Positions 1 through 13,969 of a stretch of DNA of 64,000 nucleotides are shown piece by piece; the stretch's first letter is position 1, and every line of letters starts with the position of its first letter. Where the stretch lies: contig JALDZX010000026.1 of the NCBI GenBank assembly GCA_022813865.1, forward strand, positions 186,001 to 250,000, written 5' to 3'. This DNA is from Xylographa opegraphella (lineage: Eukaryota). The notes under the pieces were generated by a model that saw only the letters and a program-made list of their open reading frames with translations, was not told where the DNA came from and made no database searches. A program made the position numbers and the translations under genes.

Positions 1-631
1 TCTACAAGATCTATTGTAGATCCTTCGATGATGCTTTTTGTCTTTTTCTCTCTTGAGCTCCGCGCTCGGGAAATCATCATTTTCAATGAACCATGATTTC
101 TTCGCAACAGATCTCGTGTCTCGACTTCGGATTTGCTGTCAATGGTCATCTCACTGTGTATATGGTGTCTTGACCAGAAATACTTGCAACATACCTTCGC
201 AGAACGGTCAAAAGCAGGGTTATGGACGCCTGGTGGCCGCGCAACTGCTGCAATAACTCTCTCATCTCCACCTCGTTCCACAAGAACTTGACTTTGGTTG
301 TCCATTTTGATGTGATGTCAGCTGAATTAGACACCTTTTTGTCTGTAATGAGCTCCAAAATATATTCCTCGAGAACAGAGATAGTAAGTGTACAGCCGAT
401 AACAACCGTCTCGAGTGTGTTGACAACATCAGCGTCCACGGAGCCATCGTTGATCGCAAGATTCTGCAGATGTGATAGTGCTGTGCTTACAGTAACACAC
501 TCGGTTGCTATGGAGCTAATTGTGAGTGTGGCGGCCTTGTATCTACCCCGAACGTCTTGTGCAGCCTTGACAATCGAAGCGCATTTCATGACGAGCGACG
601 TAATCGCCACGGTCATGCTCAAGGGATCCAT
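1..631 (-). CDS. HeLo-like / fungal STAND-associated N-terminal domain protein (5' part only; runs off the left edge)
   Basis: ATG at 631 gives MDPLSMTVAITSLVMKCASIV...L..L...KWTTKVKFLWNEVEMRELLQQLRGHQASITLLLTVL, the typical 'MDPLS...W...E...L..L....S.L.LLL' pattern of PF17111-type domains. A GTATGT...GACAG intron (~194-136) restores an open frame (SKSEVETRDLLRR...) to position 1. Confidence 0.75.
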
Positions 632-1399
632 GACCAAAAGTTATTTTGCAAATCACATCAGAGTAAAAATAATATATAGATCATGTATAATATGTAAGGG
701 AGGGTCGCGATAATGCTATAGTGCTCTTTCCCAGGTAGTCTGCCTCCTGATCGACAGTTTGGTCCTCAGCCTATGATTCTCGACCCTCGTTTGGAGTAAA
801 GTGATGCTAGGACTATCCTCCACCTACAGGATCAAAGATCTATACCAGGATATATCGAATACAGTACCCCATTGATGCCAAAGCGAAATGGATCGAGGGC
901 GCCCGAGACGTATTGTGAGGCTGAACTTTGTCTTCGTCAACGGCTAGCACTTAGGTCCTACCAGATTAGGACTAGCTCCAGTCATACATGGGCCAGATGC
1001 CTCGATGGACTTGTAGTTTCCCCCACTCACCGGAGGCACCCGTGGAGATTGAACCAGCTTGCTCATGTAGTCGTTTAGTGTTCCTACGCTCGTCTTCAAC
1101 ATCTAAAGTCCATCGGGACGGAGGTCTCAAGCCAAGATTTCGGATGCACGTTGGATAACGCGTTCGGGGCGGTGCAAGAGGCTTAAGCTACAACTATTGC
1201 TAAGCAAAGGCTGGGACGGTATCCAAGGAAAGTGTTTTGATAGAGCGACAAAGCCAAAGCAGACAACAAAGCCGAAGATCATAGTAACGACAGACAGCTT
1301 TAACCAATTGAATTCCGACCGATCGTCAATTTCCACGGCCCGAAGGTCCAGCCACGCTGCTCAACATCCCTCCAGAACTCAACCCTCGTGGTGCATTAC

Positions 1400-2447
1400 C
1401 TATGCCACCCACGTTCCACGACTCACTGTAGTCCCATTGACCCAAGACCTCTCATCCAGTTCGAACCACCTCCTCATCGGCGGTGCTCCCTGCCCTGCAC
1501 ATACAGTAGTCGACAAGCACACATTCACCCCGCAGCAAGTATTCGCCGCACACACCATATTATTGCCGCAATCGGAGTCCACGTTGCAGGTTGGCAGACC
1601 CGCGCACGGGGTGTTGAGCATGCAAAAGCCTGCGCCTTCTGTGGTCGTGGCACAGAAGCACTCGCCGCCAGGACCGCAATTGCTGTAGGCGCCACAGACG
1701 GAGCCTTGGCATACAGGGGAGGTGCAGCCGCCGTTCGCGCAGACACCGGAAGCGCACTGTGAGGAGAAGAGGATTAGGATAATGGCAATCTGAAGAACTC
1801 GGTTGGAGGACAGTGAGTGACTTACAACTGTGCCGCAGGCCCCGCAGTTGTTGGCGTCGCTCAGCAAATTGGTGCAGGTGGAGCCGCAAGAGGTGTCAGG
1901 GGCATTGCAGTCTGAGCCACCAATTGTGACCGTGATGGTAACGGTGGAAGTAGGAGTGGGGGCAGTGGTAGTGGTCATGGTGATGCCAGCACACGAGCAG
2001 GCGCTGCTATATCTCGATGTGCCAGAGCATGCGCTTGCGTAAGTAGGGACTGAGCTTGGCGTTACGGTGACTTGGCGTGCCTCCAGAGCTGGTCGATCAA
2101 GATCCCTCTTCATAGGGGCGGCTCCCTGAGTTGTTACCGTCACCGTCTCGGTTCTGGTGGCCAAGTCATGTAAGTGGGATGCTTTGTAAAGGGAAGCTCA
2201 AGGTACATTTCATGTCAGGACGGACTAGGAGGCTGATAATAACTCACGTTGCCATAGGTGTGACTGTCACCTGCATAAAGCTACTGCAGTCTGAGGTGTG
2301 TTGTGCTCTTACCGAAGAGCTGAATCGTGTTCCCGTTACTGCTCTTGCACAGTTGTCGGCATGACAAGCATTAGGATTAGGGTTGCGCTCGACAACGTGG
2401 CTAATGGCCAAAGAGCTTAGAGCAAGGAGATTAAAAACGAGCTTCAT
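1400..2447 (-). CDS. Secreted cysteine-rich modular protein (294 aa; signal peptide, Thr-rich linkers, Stig1-like and 'antifreeze-like' Cys-rich C-terminus)
   Basis: Exons 2447-2248, 2153-1826 and 1756-1400 (885 nt, in frame) with GTGAGT/GTAAGT donors and CAG acceptors. Hydrophobic N-terminus MKLVFNLLALSSLAIS; motifs CHADNCARAV, PTYASACSGTSRYSSACSC and CTNLLSDANNCGACGTVC. Confidence 0.8.
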
Positions 2448-2548
2448 GTTGCATAGAAGTGACCTATTCGTCTAAAGAGATGAGTACTGAGGTGATACCT
2501 GACCAAGTGCTACTTTGGATTCATATCGAAGACGCCGAATGGACGCAC

Positions 2549-2555
2549 TTATATA
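2549..2555 (-). promoter_or_regulatory. TATA box of the Cys-rich secreted protein gene
   Basis: TATATAA on the minus strand about 100 nt upstream of the ATG at 2447. Confidence 0.5.
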
Positions 2556-5226
2556 GGCCAGCTCAAGTCCCACTGCTCAATGGGACTTCCCAGGCCAAAT
2601 TCAGCCGCAGCACGGATCCGGTAAGAATCCTTACACAACTCAGGAACATGCTTGAGGGAGAAGGACTCGGCCAGTCCGAAATCCACAACCTCAGGAAAAA
2701 TGGCTTAAAGCATCTATTGGAAAGGGAAAAGCCTCAAAGTGAACATAGCGTCAAGGTCAACTGGAGAATGAAAACTCGTGGACACCTTAAGCCACCAATA
2801 CCAAGATGTTGAACTTAATGGAAACTAAAAGAACGGGCATGGATATGAGTAAAGCATCTGAGAGGCAGCAGAGCCGAAGCAGTAAGGCATTGGACTCTGT
2901 TCAGGAGAGATTGACTGGGGCCAACCGAGGTTGACATAGTACGAGTCTCCAGAGTTGAACATGGATGTAACCATGACAAGGATTCTTCAGCTTACTTCGA
3001 CAGTCAAGCATTCGTATAGGGATGTCGAATATACCTATATGTGCAGAACAGTTCGCCATTCAGTCGCTAAGATGCCAACTTTAGCCCAAAGCCTTGTGAG
3101 TTCTTGTCAAAAAAACTTAGCACCGACAGTGGCCAGAATACTTGGTAAGGCTCGGAACTTGTGTATCTGCCGTGATAGGCTGATATATGAACAGTCAAGC
3201 AGGCTTCTCTCGTTCAAAGGAAATACCGCAGACAAATGGCCGCAAGTAATCGTTGATCGACGCGAAATAAGAGTTTTGATGCGGGGTATCTTTCGGCAAG
3301 AGTCACATCATTGTAAGGTAAGCGTTAAGCCTTCGAGACGATTGAAGACGAGTAGCAGAAGTAAATACAAGGCTGACGGCCACAGCCTTGTTGATGTTAC
3401 ATGCGTGGGACTCTATTACGTGGCTATGTCTTGGCGAACTCTTATTTCGTTGGCAAATTCTCATCACGTGCGGCGCCACCAGGCGATGGCAGAGCTGGAT
3501 CGATGCCTTTCTTGGCTTTTGAACAGTGCGGCCATTCTGTGCACCTGACAGCGCAAGAACGATGTTTCATCGGGACTTGACAATTGCAGCAGTCAGGCCG
3601 GATTCAATCAACAGCGACCAAGAAGCAAGACAATTTGATAGATATCTTGGAATGTGGAATATAAGGAGGCGCTATATGTCTTTCCGTCAGTGTGTTCGCA
3701 TGACCCGCAAAGATAGCAATATCATCATACACGCATGGAAATAACATGATTGAAACACGTCTATGCTTGTAAACCCACTTTGTCGATTCGATAGAGCAAC
3801 ACAAGCTCAAGCCATAAACTAGGGAAGCAAATAACACTCCGTCCAGCATCGCAATTTGGAAGAGCACGAGTTCCAGAGACTTCCGAAGCGTCCTCGATTT
3901 ATTTTAGATCTACCAAACTTGCAAGTCTATCCATGGCAACTCAAGACAACAGCGGTCCAAGGCTCTCCGGTAGCCAGCCCCAAGCTGGGCAATCAATAGT
4001 AGACTCTGCAAGCTTGCGGGGTATATCCTATGAAGCTGCTCGGCTTCTAACCATCGTACGATGGGCTCTTTTGATCTAGCAAGATAAATCATTCTTGGTT
4101 GGAGCTGAGCTGTGATCAGCCAGCGCTGACAATCGAAAGTGTTTGTCCATTGTTTGTTCTTGACTGAAAAAGCGACAAGTCTGCTGCATGACACTCAAGT
4201 GGAAGGCTGGATTAAGCGGTTTTTTTAACTCCTAAAATAGCAGAAAGGCCTTCTAAACGAGGTAGTTTCAATGCCGAAACTTCGTCAAGACATCTCATAA
4301 GTTGCGCCAGTCGTAGTTGTTTCCCAACCTATTTCTAGTCGCTGGTGACTGACCCGAGCAAACATTGCATTCTGGTGTAGGCAGAAGTAGATAAAACATT
4401 CTAGGTCACTGAGTGACTCGGGAGTACAGAACTGAGATATGACCATACTTAGAGTCAATGCCACTGTCCGGCGCCCTAGTGTCTGGTCCAAATTTTTGCT
4501 TAAAACAACTGGACGTAGCCTTGCGCCGTTGATGATTATGCTGTGGAGCGCTTGATCGTCATTAGCCCCTGTGTGTATGTGAGACCATTCAGGATATATA
4601 AGAAACAGATGCTAAGCTATGACCATAGGCAAAGATCCAGTCTCTAAGGGAAAGATTTTTGGTTATACTAGTGTCGTAGACGTTTCAGTCTGTATGGCCG
4701 TCGACCAGATATGAGTACTATATGCAGCGATCATACATGCTCAAAGAATATCCAGTCTCACCCTTTTTCCAGCAAGCATAACCAATGGTGTCTTGAAAAA
4801 CAAGCAAATTCTGTACTCGCAGCCTAGATCAGTTATCGCAGCGGCCGTTGTAATACAGATAGATGATCTGAACAAGCATCGGTCGAAGTTCGACGTTCAC
4901 GAAGAGGACGATGTAGTCCGCGGGAGATCAACTAACTCTGAAGTTACTGATCGATCGAGAGCGACTGCCCGAGACCTATAAGTAGAAGGCCCTACTCCCT
5001 AAGGTTGAAGCAATGGCGTGGTCCGTGCGTTTCTCGACACTGCCCGGGACACTTTCAACCCGCAGTCGTCATTCTTAACCACATTACTACTTTCGATGCC
5101 CTCCATATGCGCTCGTTGACAAGGTGATACTTGAGGACTTCCTGAGTTTAAGCTTGTACTTGGACGATCTCACGCGCAACGCGACTCAAAGTGACTCCTC
5201 CACACGTGGGCAAGACAGCCGACAAC

Positions 5227-6443
<1,217 letters not shown>

Positions 6444-6832
6444 GCTCAATTTCAGCCGGCGACGCCTAACACATGACAACATGGCGAGGTCCGGCGCGAG
6501 ACGAAAAGGCATTATTCATGCGATATACTCCTTTGTGCACGGCATACCTATAGTGGCACATTCTTAGCTCCGTCCCAAAGGCGCAAAGTGCGCCTGAATC
6601 CCGCATCTCACACAGGTACTCAGATGATACCCCATGATCTTACCGATTATATATAGTCCACGAGGTCGAATGAGGCGATGGGACTCCGGGGAGGTTAGAA
6701 TTGGGTAATCGAAGTAGTAGCAGCAGCCAAAACTGTTTTTGCAGGTAGCTTGCATGGTAAAAGGAACAATTCATCGATGTCTATCAGATGAACAGCGAGT
6801 TGAGCATTACGGAATCCAGAGTAGAGTGCAAT

Positions 6833-6904
6833 TGAGTCAGAGTGCTCTGTAGTCCAAGTACCTATTTACAGTGTATGTGACTCTTAAGCGAGATAATTGA
6901 GTCA
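6833..6904. promoter_or_regulatory. Cluster of Gcn4/CPC-1/CpcA-type elements upstream of ValRS
   Basis: TGAGTCA at 6833-6839 and 6898-6904, plus the variant TGACTCT at 6878-6884, 230-300 nt upstream of the ValRS ATG. Confidence 0.6.
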
Positions 6905-7136
6905 TTTCAAAGTACCGCAGTTCGAATTGCGCGAAACTAAGTAACTAATACTACAAAAGAAGGTTACATCTCACAAATTGTGGATTGTGGTGGTGTTCTT
7001 GTTAGTGTTTCTGCTTGTGCTGCACCTCCCGAATCGCGACGGGGCAACTGTTGCCCAAGCTCTCAAAATTCTTCTGCGCACGGTTCTACTGCGTGGTGCC
7101 CAGGGGCAAAGGTCGAAGTACTTCTCTAGGCTCAAT

Positions 7137-10100
7137 ATGGCGCTCAATGCTGCGTCCCATAACCCTAGTAAGCATATGGAGAAATTGCGCTGTCCACTAT
7201 GGCTGATCCAAGCTCTTCCATAGCCGGTGAGAAAACAGGCCCAATTTCCGGACCTCCCCCTCCTACGTCCTCAGAGACTACCGCAGCACTCTTGGGATCA
7301 CAAAAGCATGATCCATTGGGACAACACTCGGGTGGACAGGATGGCGGGGATCAGGATGAAGGCAAGAAGATGAAGAGCGAGAAAGAGCGTACGGATCCTA
7401 CCTAGTGGCTATGAGTGGCTCGTGTACATTAAGCAACCTAATGAAGCTATGATCTCTGACTGTTTCATGTAGTGGAGAAGGACCGTAAGAAGGCTGAGAA
7501 GGCAAAGAAATTTGCAGAGAAGCAAGCGAAAACTGGGACCGGTGCTTCCGCAATCCCTACTACATCAAAAACAAAGGAGAAGAAGGCCCAATCCGAGAGG
7601 ACCAAGGATGAGCCTCTTCTCAAATATGTAGAGGAAACCCCTCCTGGGCAGAAGAAGAGTGCGTCGCGACCAGTAGACTCGGCGTAGCACTTGCTGATGG
7701 ATCTACAGTTCTCAAACCCCTTGACGACGAGTACCACAAAGCCTACATACCAGAAGTCGTTGAGTCAGGGTGGTATGATTGGTGGGAGAAGGAGGGCTTT
7801 TTCAAGCCCGAATTTGGTCCCGATGGCAAGGTTAAGCAAGAAGGACATTTTTCAATGTCATGGCCGCCACCGAATGTTACGGGAGCCTTGCACATGGGTC
7901 ATGCGTTGACGAATGCTATACAAGATACTCTTATCCGATGGAACCGTATGCAAGGTAAGAGTACGCTGTTTGTTCCTGGGTGTGATCATGCAGGAATTGC
8001 TACACAGGCAGTTGTGGAAAACATGCTGTGGAGAAAAGAGAAACAGACACGGCACGATATTGGGCGGACGGCCTTAGTTGACCTGATATGGAAGTGGAAG
8101 GGTGACTACCATAAAAAAATCAATAGGTCTTTGCGTCGAATGGGTGGGTCTTTTGATTGGTCTAGGGAAGCTTTTACTATGGACGAGAACCTTTCCACGG
8201 CTGTCACTGAAACATTCGTGCAACTGCACGAGGAGGGCATCATATACCGGGCTAATCGGCTTGTCAACTGGGATTCGAAGCTCACGACAAGTCTTTCAAA
8301 TTTGGAGGTGGTGAATAAAGAGCTGGAGGGTCGGACGCTCCTCGACGTTCCAGGTTACGACAGGAAAGTCGAGTTTGGAGTGATCACGCACTTCCAGTAC
8401 GAGATTGAAGGATCAGACGAGAAGATTGAGATTGCCACTACTCGTCCTGAGACTATGCTAGGTGACACTGCCATTGCGGTCAACCTGAAAGACCCCCGAT
8501 ACATGCATCTACATGGAAAGCAAGCCAAACATCCTTTCCTTGATCGTTTGATGCCTATCATTACCGATGACTACGCTGATCCAGAGTTCGGAACCGGAGC
8601 TGTTAAGATAACACCTGCACATGACTTCAACGATTTCGCTATTGGACAAAAGCACAAGCTGGAGTTCATCAATATACTAAATGATGATGGCACACTAAAT
8701 CATAATTGCGGCTCTTTCGCGGGCATGAAAAGATTTGATGCTCGGTACAAAGTTATAGAAGCCCTGAAAGAGAAAGGGCTTTATGTGAAGTGGGATCATA
8801 ACAAGATGACTGTACCAATGAGTGAGAGATCGAAGGATATTATCGAACCCTTGTTAAAGCCACAATGGTGGATGAGAATGAGAGAACTTGCGGATGCAGC
8901 AATGAAGGCGGTCAAGGATGGAGAGATCAAGATACGGCCAGAGTTCGCGGAAAAGAGCTATTTCAAATGGCTTGAAGGCATAAACGATTGGTGTTTATCA
9001 CGACAACTGTGGTGGGGTCATCAGGCACCTGCATACTTTATCGAGCTGGAAGGTGAGCCGGATGATGATAGTGATGGGGAGCGATGGGTTACTGGTCGAA
9101 CGGAGGCTGCAGCAGAGGAGAAGGCAACGACAAAATATCCAGGAAAGAATTTCAAGCTCAGGCGAGATCCCGATGTCTTGGATACGTGGTTCTCTTCCGG
9201 GCAGTGGCCCTATTCAACTCTTGGCTGGCCGAGGCAATCAGATGATCTGAGGAACTTCTATCCCACCTCCGTGATGGAGACTGGCTGGGACATTCTGTTC
9301 TTTTGGGTGTCTCGTATGATAATGATGGGGCTTAAAATGACTGGACAGGTTCCTTTTCGCGAAGTCTATTGTCATTCCTTGATCCGAGACTCTGAAGGTA
9401 GGAAGATGTCCAAATCGCTAGGAAATGTCATAGATCCAATCGATCTTATGGAAGGCATCGGACTAGAGGCTCTACATCAGAAGCTGAAAGAAGGAAACTT
9501 GGATCCAAAGGAGGTGGTCAAAGCTACTCAATTCCAAAAATCCGCGTTTCCAGACGGCATTCCAGAATGCGGTACGGATGCTATGCGCTTTGGCTTAGTG
9601 AACTACAGTACAGGAGGTAATGAGATATACAGTCAGATCCTTACGAATTATGCTGATCTTCATAGGGAGTGACATCAATTTCGACATCAAAGTCATGCAC
9701 GGATACCGCCGGTTTTGCAACAAGATCTATCAGGCTACAAAGTTCGTCCTTGGTAATCTCGGTTCGTCTTTCACTCCTGAGACTACATCTACCAAAACCG
9801 GCAAGGAATCTCTGGCTGAACAATGGATCCTGCATAAACTCACCATCGCCTGCAAGGAAATAAATCAAAATCTTGCGGATCGTGACTTCTCTGCTGCCAC
9901 GAATGTGGCCTATCAATACTGGTATACAGCCCTTTGCGATACATATATCGAAAATTCCAAATCTTTAATCAACGATGGCGACGCTGAAACCCAGCTATCC
10001 GCGAAGAACACCCTTTACACCGCGCTGGAAGCCGGCCTGACTATGATGCACCCTTTTATGCCTTTCTTGACAGAGGAGCTTTGGCAGCGACTTCCTCGCC

Positions 10101-10669
10101 GGCCACATGACAAATGTCCATCCATTGTTAAAGCTGTATATCCTACATACAACGCTTCTCTGGATGACCCGGCTGCGGAAGAGGCCTATGAACTCGTTCT
10201 CGCTGTTTCCAGAGGTATCCGGTCCCTCATGGGAGAGTACGCCATCAAAGACAACGGCACCCTACACATTCAACTCTTCACACCCACCGCTCACAATACC
10301 TGCACCGACCAGCTCTCGTCCATCCGCTCTCTTTGCGGTAAAGCAGTATCCCAAATTTCGGTCCTCAATCCAGAGGACCCTCGGCCTCGTGGATGTGTCC
10401 CGTTTGCTGTGAGCGCTTCCGCAACCGTGTTCCTACTTGTCAAGGGCAGAGTGGATATCGATCAGGAGATCGAGAAAGCGCGGAAGAAGATGGCACGCGC
10501 TGGCGAGTTGGTGAAGAAGCAGGAGGGAATTCTGCACGACGAGAACTACAATAAGAAGGTTGGGGAGGAGCTGAAGGAGGTAGAGAGACGGAAGCTGAGG
10601 GATGCACTGAAGGAGGTGGAGGAGATGCAGAAGGCCGTGGAGGAGTTTGAGAGGCTGAAGATTGAGTAA
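7137..10669 (+). CDS. VAS1: Valyl-tRNA synthetase (class I)
   Basis: [13 protein letters not shown] (HIGH-like) and KMSKS motifs, editing domain, C-terminal coiled coil. Start [10 protein letters not shown] at 7137; introns 7168-7223, 7389-7472, 7659-7708 and 9617-9665. Confidence 0.97.
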
Positions 10670-11542
10670 AGGGATGTAAGAGCCGATATGGGCCTGTGTA
10701 GGTTTGGACGACAACGGGTTGAGTGCTGTGGAATATTATTTCCCGTCCATAGGTGCACTAGAATTCAGAAACCCTCCTGGTCATGTAACGTCACAAGGTC
10801 CAGCCAGATTGGTTATTTCTCTATATGCTTACTGGTCTGATGCGATGTGAGAATACTTGCACCACCCGGTGGCGTTCTATCTTCTATTTCAAACTGAGAG
10901 CAATTGTACATAAAAGCTTGTCCAATCGTCCAGAACAAAAATACACCATAGTAGCAACTCACCTTTATGTATATCACGGGGCCTCAGACGCTCGATGTCA
11001 TAAATCCTTCGCCATCGGCAGCAGTATCCAGGATAAGGCCTGCGGAAGATAGGCCCTTTCGGGTCTAGCGCCGCGCCTACTCGTAGGGCGGTTCAATCAT
11101 CGTATCTTCGTAGGGTAAGCACTTGTCCGGAAGAAGACGTGAAACCTCGAGATGGGCAGGTCCGAGATACATAAGGCACCTAGTACAGTCTCGAGGCAAG
11201 GCCGGGCCGTTCATCGTACAAGGTTACCTTCCTACACTTATATTTCAGCGTCCACTTAACGGAATACCGAGTACACGCTATTTCAATTGGTTGAATGATC
11301 GATGTTGTGTAGACCCACAATTACCCCTTGTCCGGCTGAAGCTGAGGCGTCAACATTACTTCGGTTTCGCAATGTGCGCTCATCTTTATATTATGTGTTC
11401 CCTGGTCTTTTGTTCTTGTTGTTTCGTCCAGAGTTGTTTCCAAAGTCTTACGCGCTGTATACGGAAAGGCTACTTGTTCCGAAGCAAGATTCAGTACTCA
11501 TAATTTTCAGCCTTTGACGACCTTTTTTTAGCTACCGTCACA

Positions 11543-13652
11543 ATGGACGAGGACCAGGTCCACCTGATGAGTCTGGGACCAAAAGTCGGCAGTGGCAAAG
11601 CCCTCGACAAACTAAATGATGTCGCTGAAGGGAGTGAGGATGATAGGACTTCTACACTGAAGACTGTTCCTTTCAAGAGCCGATCTGGGAAAGCTTCACT
11701 CAAGGGCACTTGGCGAGACTGCGTATTTAAGTACTGGTGGCAAGAAATGATTGCATGCGCCGTTATGATCTGCGCCTTGATGTCTACTCTGCTTATTCTC
11801 GCACTACATCAGAATCGTCCGTTACCAGATTGGCCATTCGCGATTACTCTTAACTCGTTGGTTTCGGTCGTGGTGGTGATCATGAAAGCGATGATGCTTG
11901 CGGTCCTAGCTTCTGGTTGTTGATATCCAGGCCCCTGTCGAGTAAACTCCGCTGATTTCCAAAGGCCTTAGTCAAATGAAATGGCTCTGGTTTGAGCGAT
12001 CGCGTCCGCTATCCCACTACACCATCTACGACACTGCAGGCCAAGGACCCCAATATGCTTCTCAGCTATTGTGGATAATTCGAGGAAGGTATACAATCAC
12101 TGGCACATTACTAATTCATGCTTCTTTGTGCCGGATTATACTAATGATGTTGTCATACAGACAGTTCACTACATGCGTGGGTTTAGTAGTGATAGTCGTA
12201 TCTACAGCACTGGATCCCTTTACACAACAGGTCATACAAACTTATGTCTCAACCATACCGTCAACCAGTGGTAATGCAACTTTGCCTCGAACAAATGCAT
12301 ATAACATATCTGGAGGTCATATTGGCGCAGGCTTGTCAGATATCGATCATGCCATGCAAGGAGCGATTATGGCTGGTTTCTATACTCCTGGATTCGAGTC
12401 TTCCAAAGTCTCTGTAGGTGGTTGCCCTACAGGCAACTGTACATTCTCGGTACCTTATCAAACGATTGGAATGTGCAGCTCCTGTACCGAGGTGACACAT
12501 CTTGTGGCCGGCACCTGTATTGGGTTTGGTCCTAACTCTACCTCTCCACCTCGCTGTAATTACTCTCTACCGTCTGGTACTACTCTATCGGCAGATTCCG
12601 GCAGAGGAAAATCATGGATAACTGCCTCTTTGACCGCTTCTATCACTTCACCTGTAATTAATGGCTCTGTAAATGTGCTGGAGTTTCTCATAAATAGCTC
12701 AGAGTTACCCAGCTGCTATGCAAGTATAGGAGGCTGTCTAAATACCACATGCAACGGTGCAGATTGTGGGGTTACAGCTTCAGACTGCACTTTTTATCCT
12801 TGTATTCAAAATTACACGGCTCAAGTTTTGAATGGCAATTTGACAGAGCTCCTTCTCAACTCGCAGCCTTTGTCAACAGAGCACAACGAGTGCTGGACTA
12901 GCCTTCATAAGTCATGCCTGATGCCCAGCGATTGGACTGTGCTTTCGAGTCACGGCATTTACGCCAGTGATTACCCTGACGTCGACTTCATTGACTATTG
13001 TTTTATTGATGACACTGGTGGGCATGACGCTGCGAACATTACTAAAGATTGTGTCTACGATTTCTCAGAGAATAGCTTTTTCGGGTTGTCGTACTTCTTT
13101 GAGTCCGACGGAGTGGATAACGCTTTCCTGAATGGCACTCTATATGGTGCCACACCAACCACATTAACTGGGCCTCAAGATCTGGCATTTCTCTACGACC
13201 AGGGTAAAGCTACGATCGCAACTATCAACAACACATTCACGACCATTGCGCAATCCATGTCATCGTGTATTCGTGTGGGAGGCGAACCAGATTATAGCAC
13301 GCCAGCATACGGGCAGATTATGATCACTCAAACCTTGATCCGCGTGGAATGGCCCTGGCTCGCGTTACCATGTACCTTAGTACTGCTAACTTTGTTGGTC
13401 TTTGTGGCCACCATCATCGAGACCGATATCCGAGGCCGCAAACCCCTTGCAGAGACGTTCTCCTTGGCGCTTCTACTCAGAGGTGTAGCGGGCGACGTGC
13501 ATGATCAGATCGACGACTCCAGATACACGCATACTGTGACGAACGATTTTCACAACCTGGAGGAGTCGCAGGAACTCATCAGGAAGAGCGCTGAACAAAC
13601 GAATGTGCGGATGATGAAGACAAAGCTTGGCTACCGGCTAGTGAAGGTGTAG
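11543..13652 (+). CDS. DUF3176-type fungal membrane glycoprotein
   Basis: WWQEMIA...NRPLPDWPFAITLNSLVSV...LSQMKWLWF...RPLSHY..YD.A.QGP...ALDPFTQQVI...CPTGNCTF...RVEWPWLALP is the family pattern. Introns 11916-11964 and 12089-12160. Confidence 0.85.
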
Positions 13653-13969
13653 AATTGGTGAGTGTGGGACACAGCTTCGACCAGGAGACCGATTTGATGT
13701 ACAGTCTTATGCAGCGTGAAAGAGTGCGAAGCGCTCGCTCTTCTGGTTTCAGCCTCAGACCCACGCGGATGGCGTACTTTACTACAGCTGGGTGTGACAG
13801 CAGAGGAGATGTCAGACCCATCACCGACAGAAAATCCACAAGCGGAACGGTGTTCATTCCTCATCTGTGGGTCGATCATGGACAGAGGAGAGAAGGCACC
13901 TTCAACCATATCATCATTTGGAAGAAATTGCTACAAGCAATCTTAAAAGTCACTGACCGTTTGGAATTC

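Noticed and set aside
2955..4500. Several 70-200-aa ORFs between the Cys-rich gene and CK2
   Set aside because: No recognisable domain, splice pattern or transposon motif; treated as intergenic or an unidentifiable remnant.
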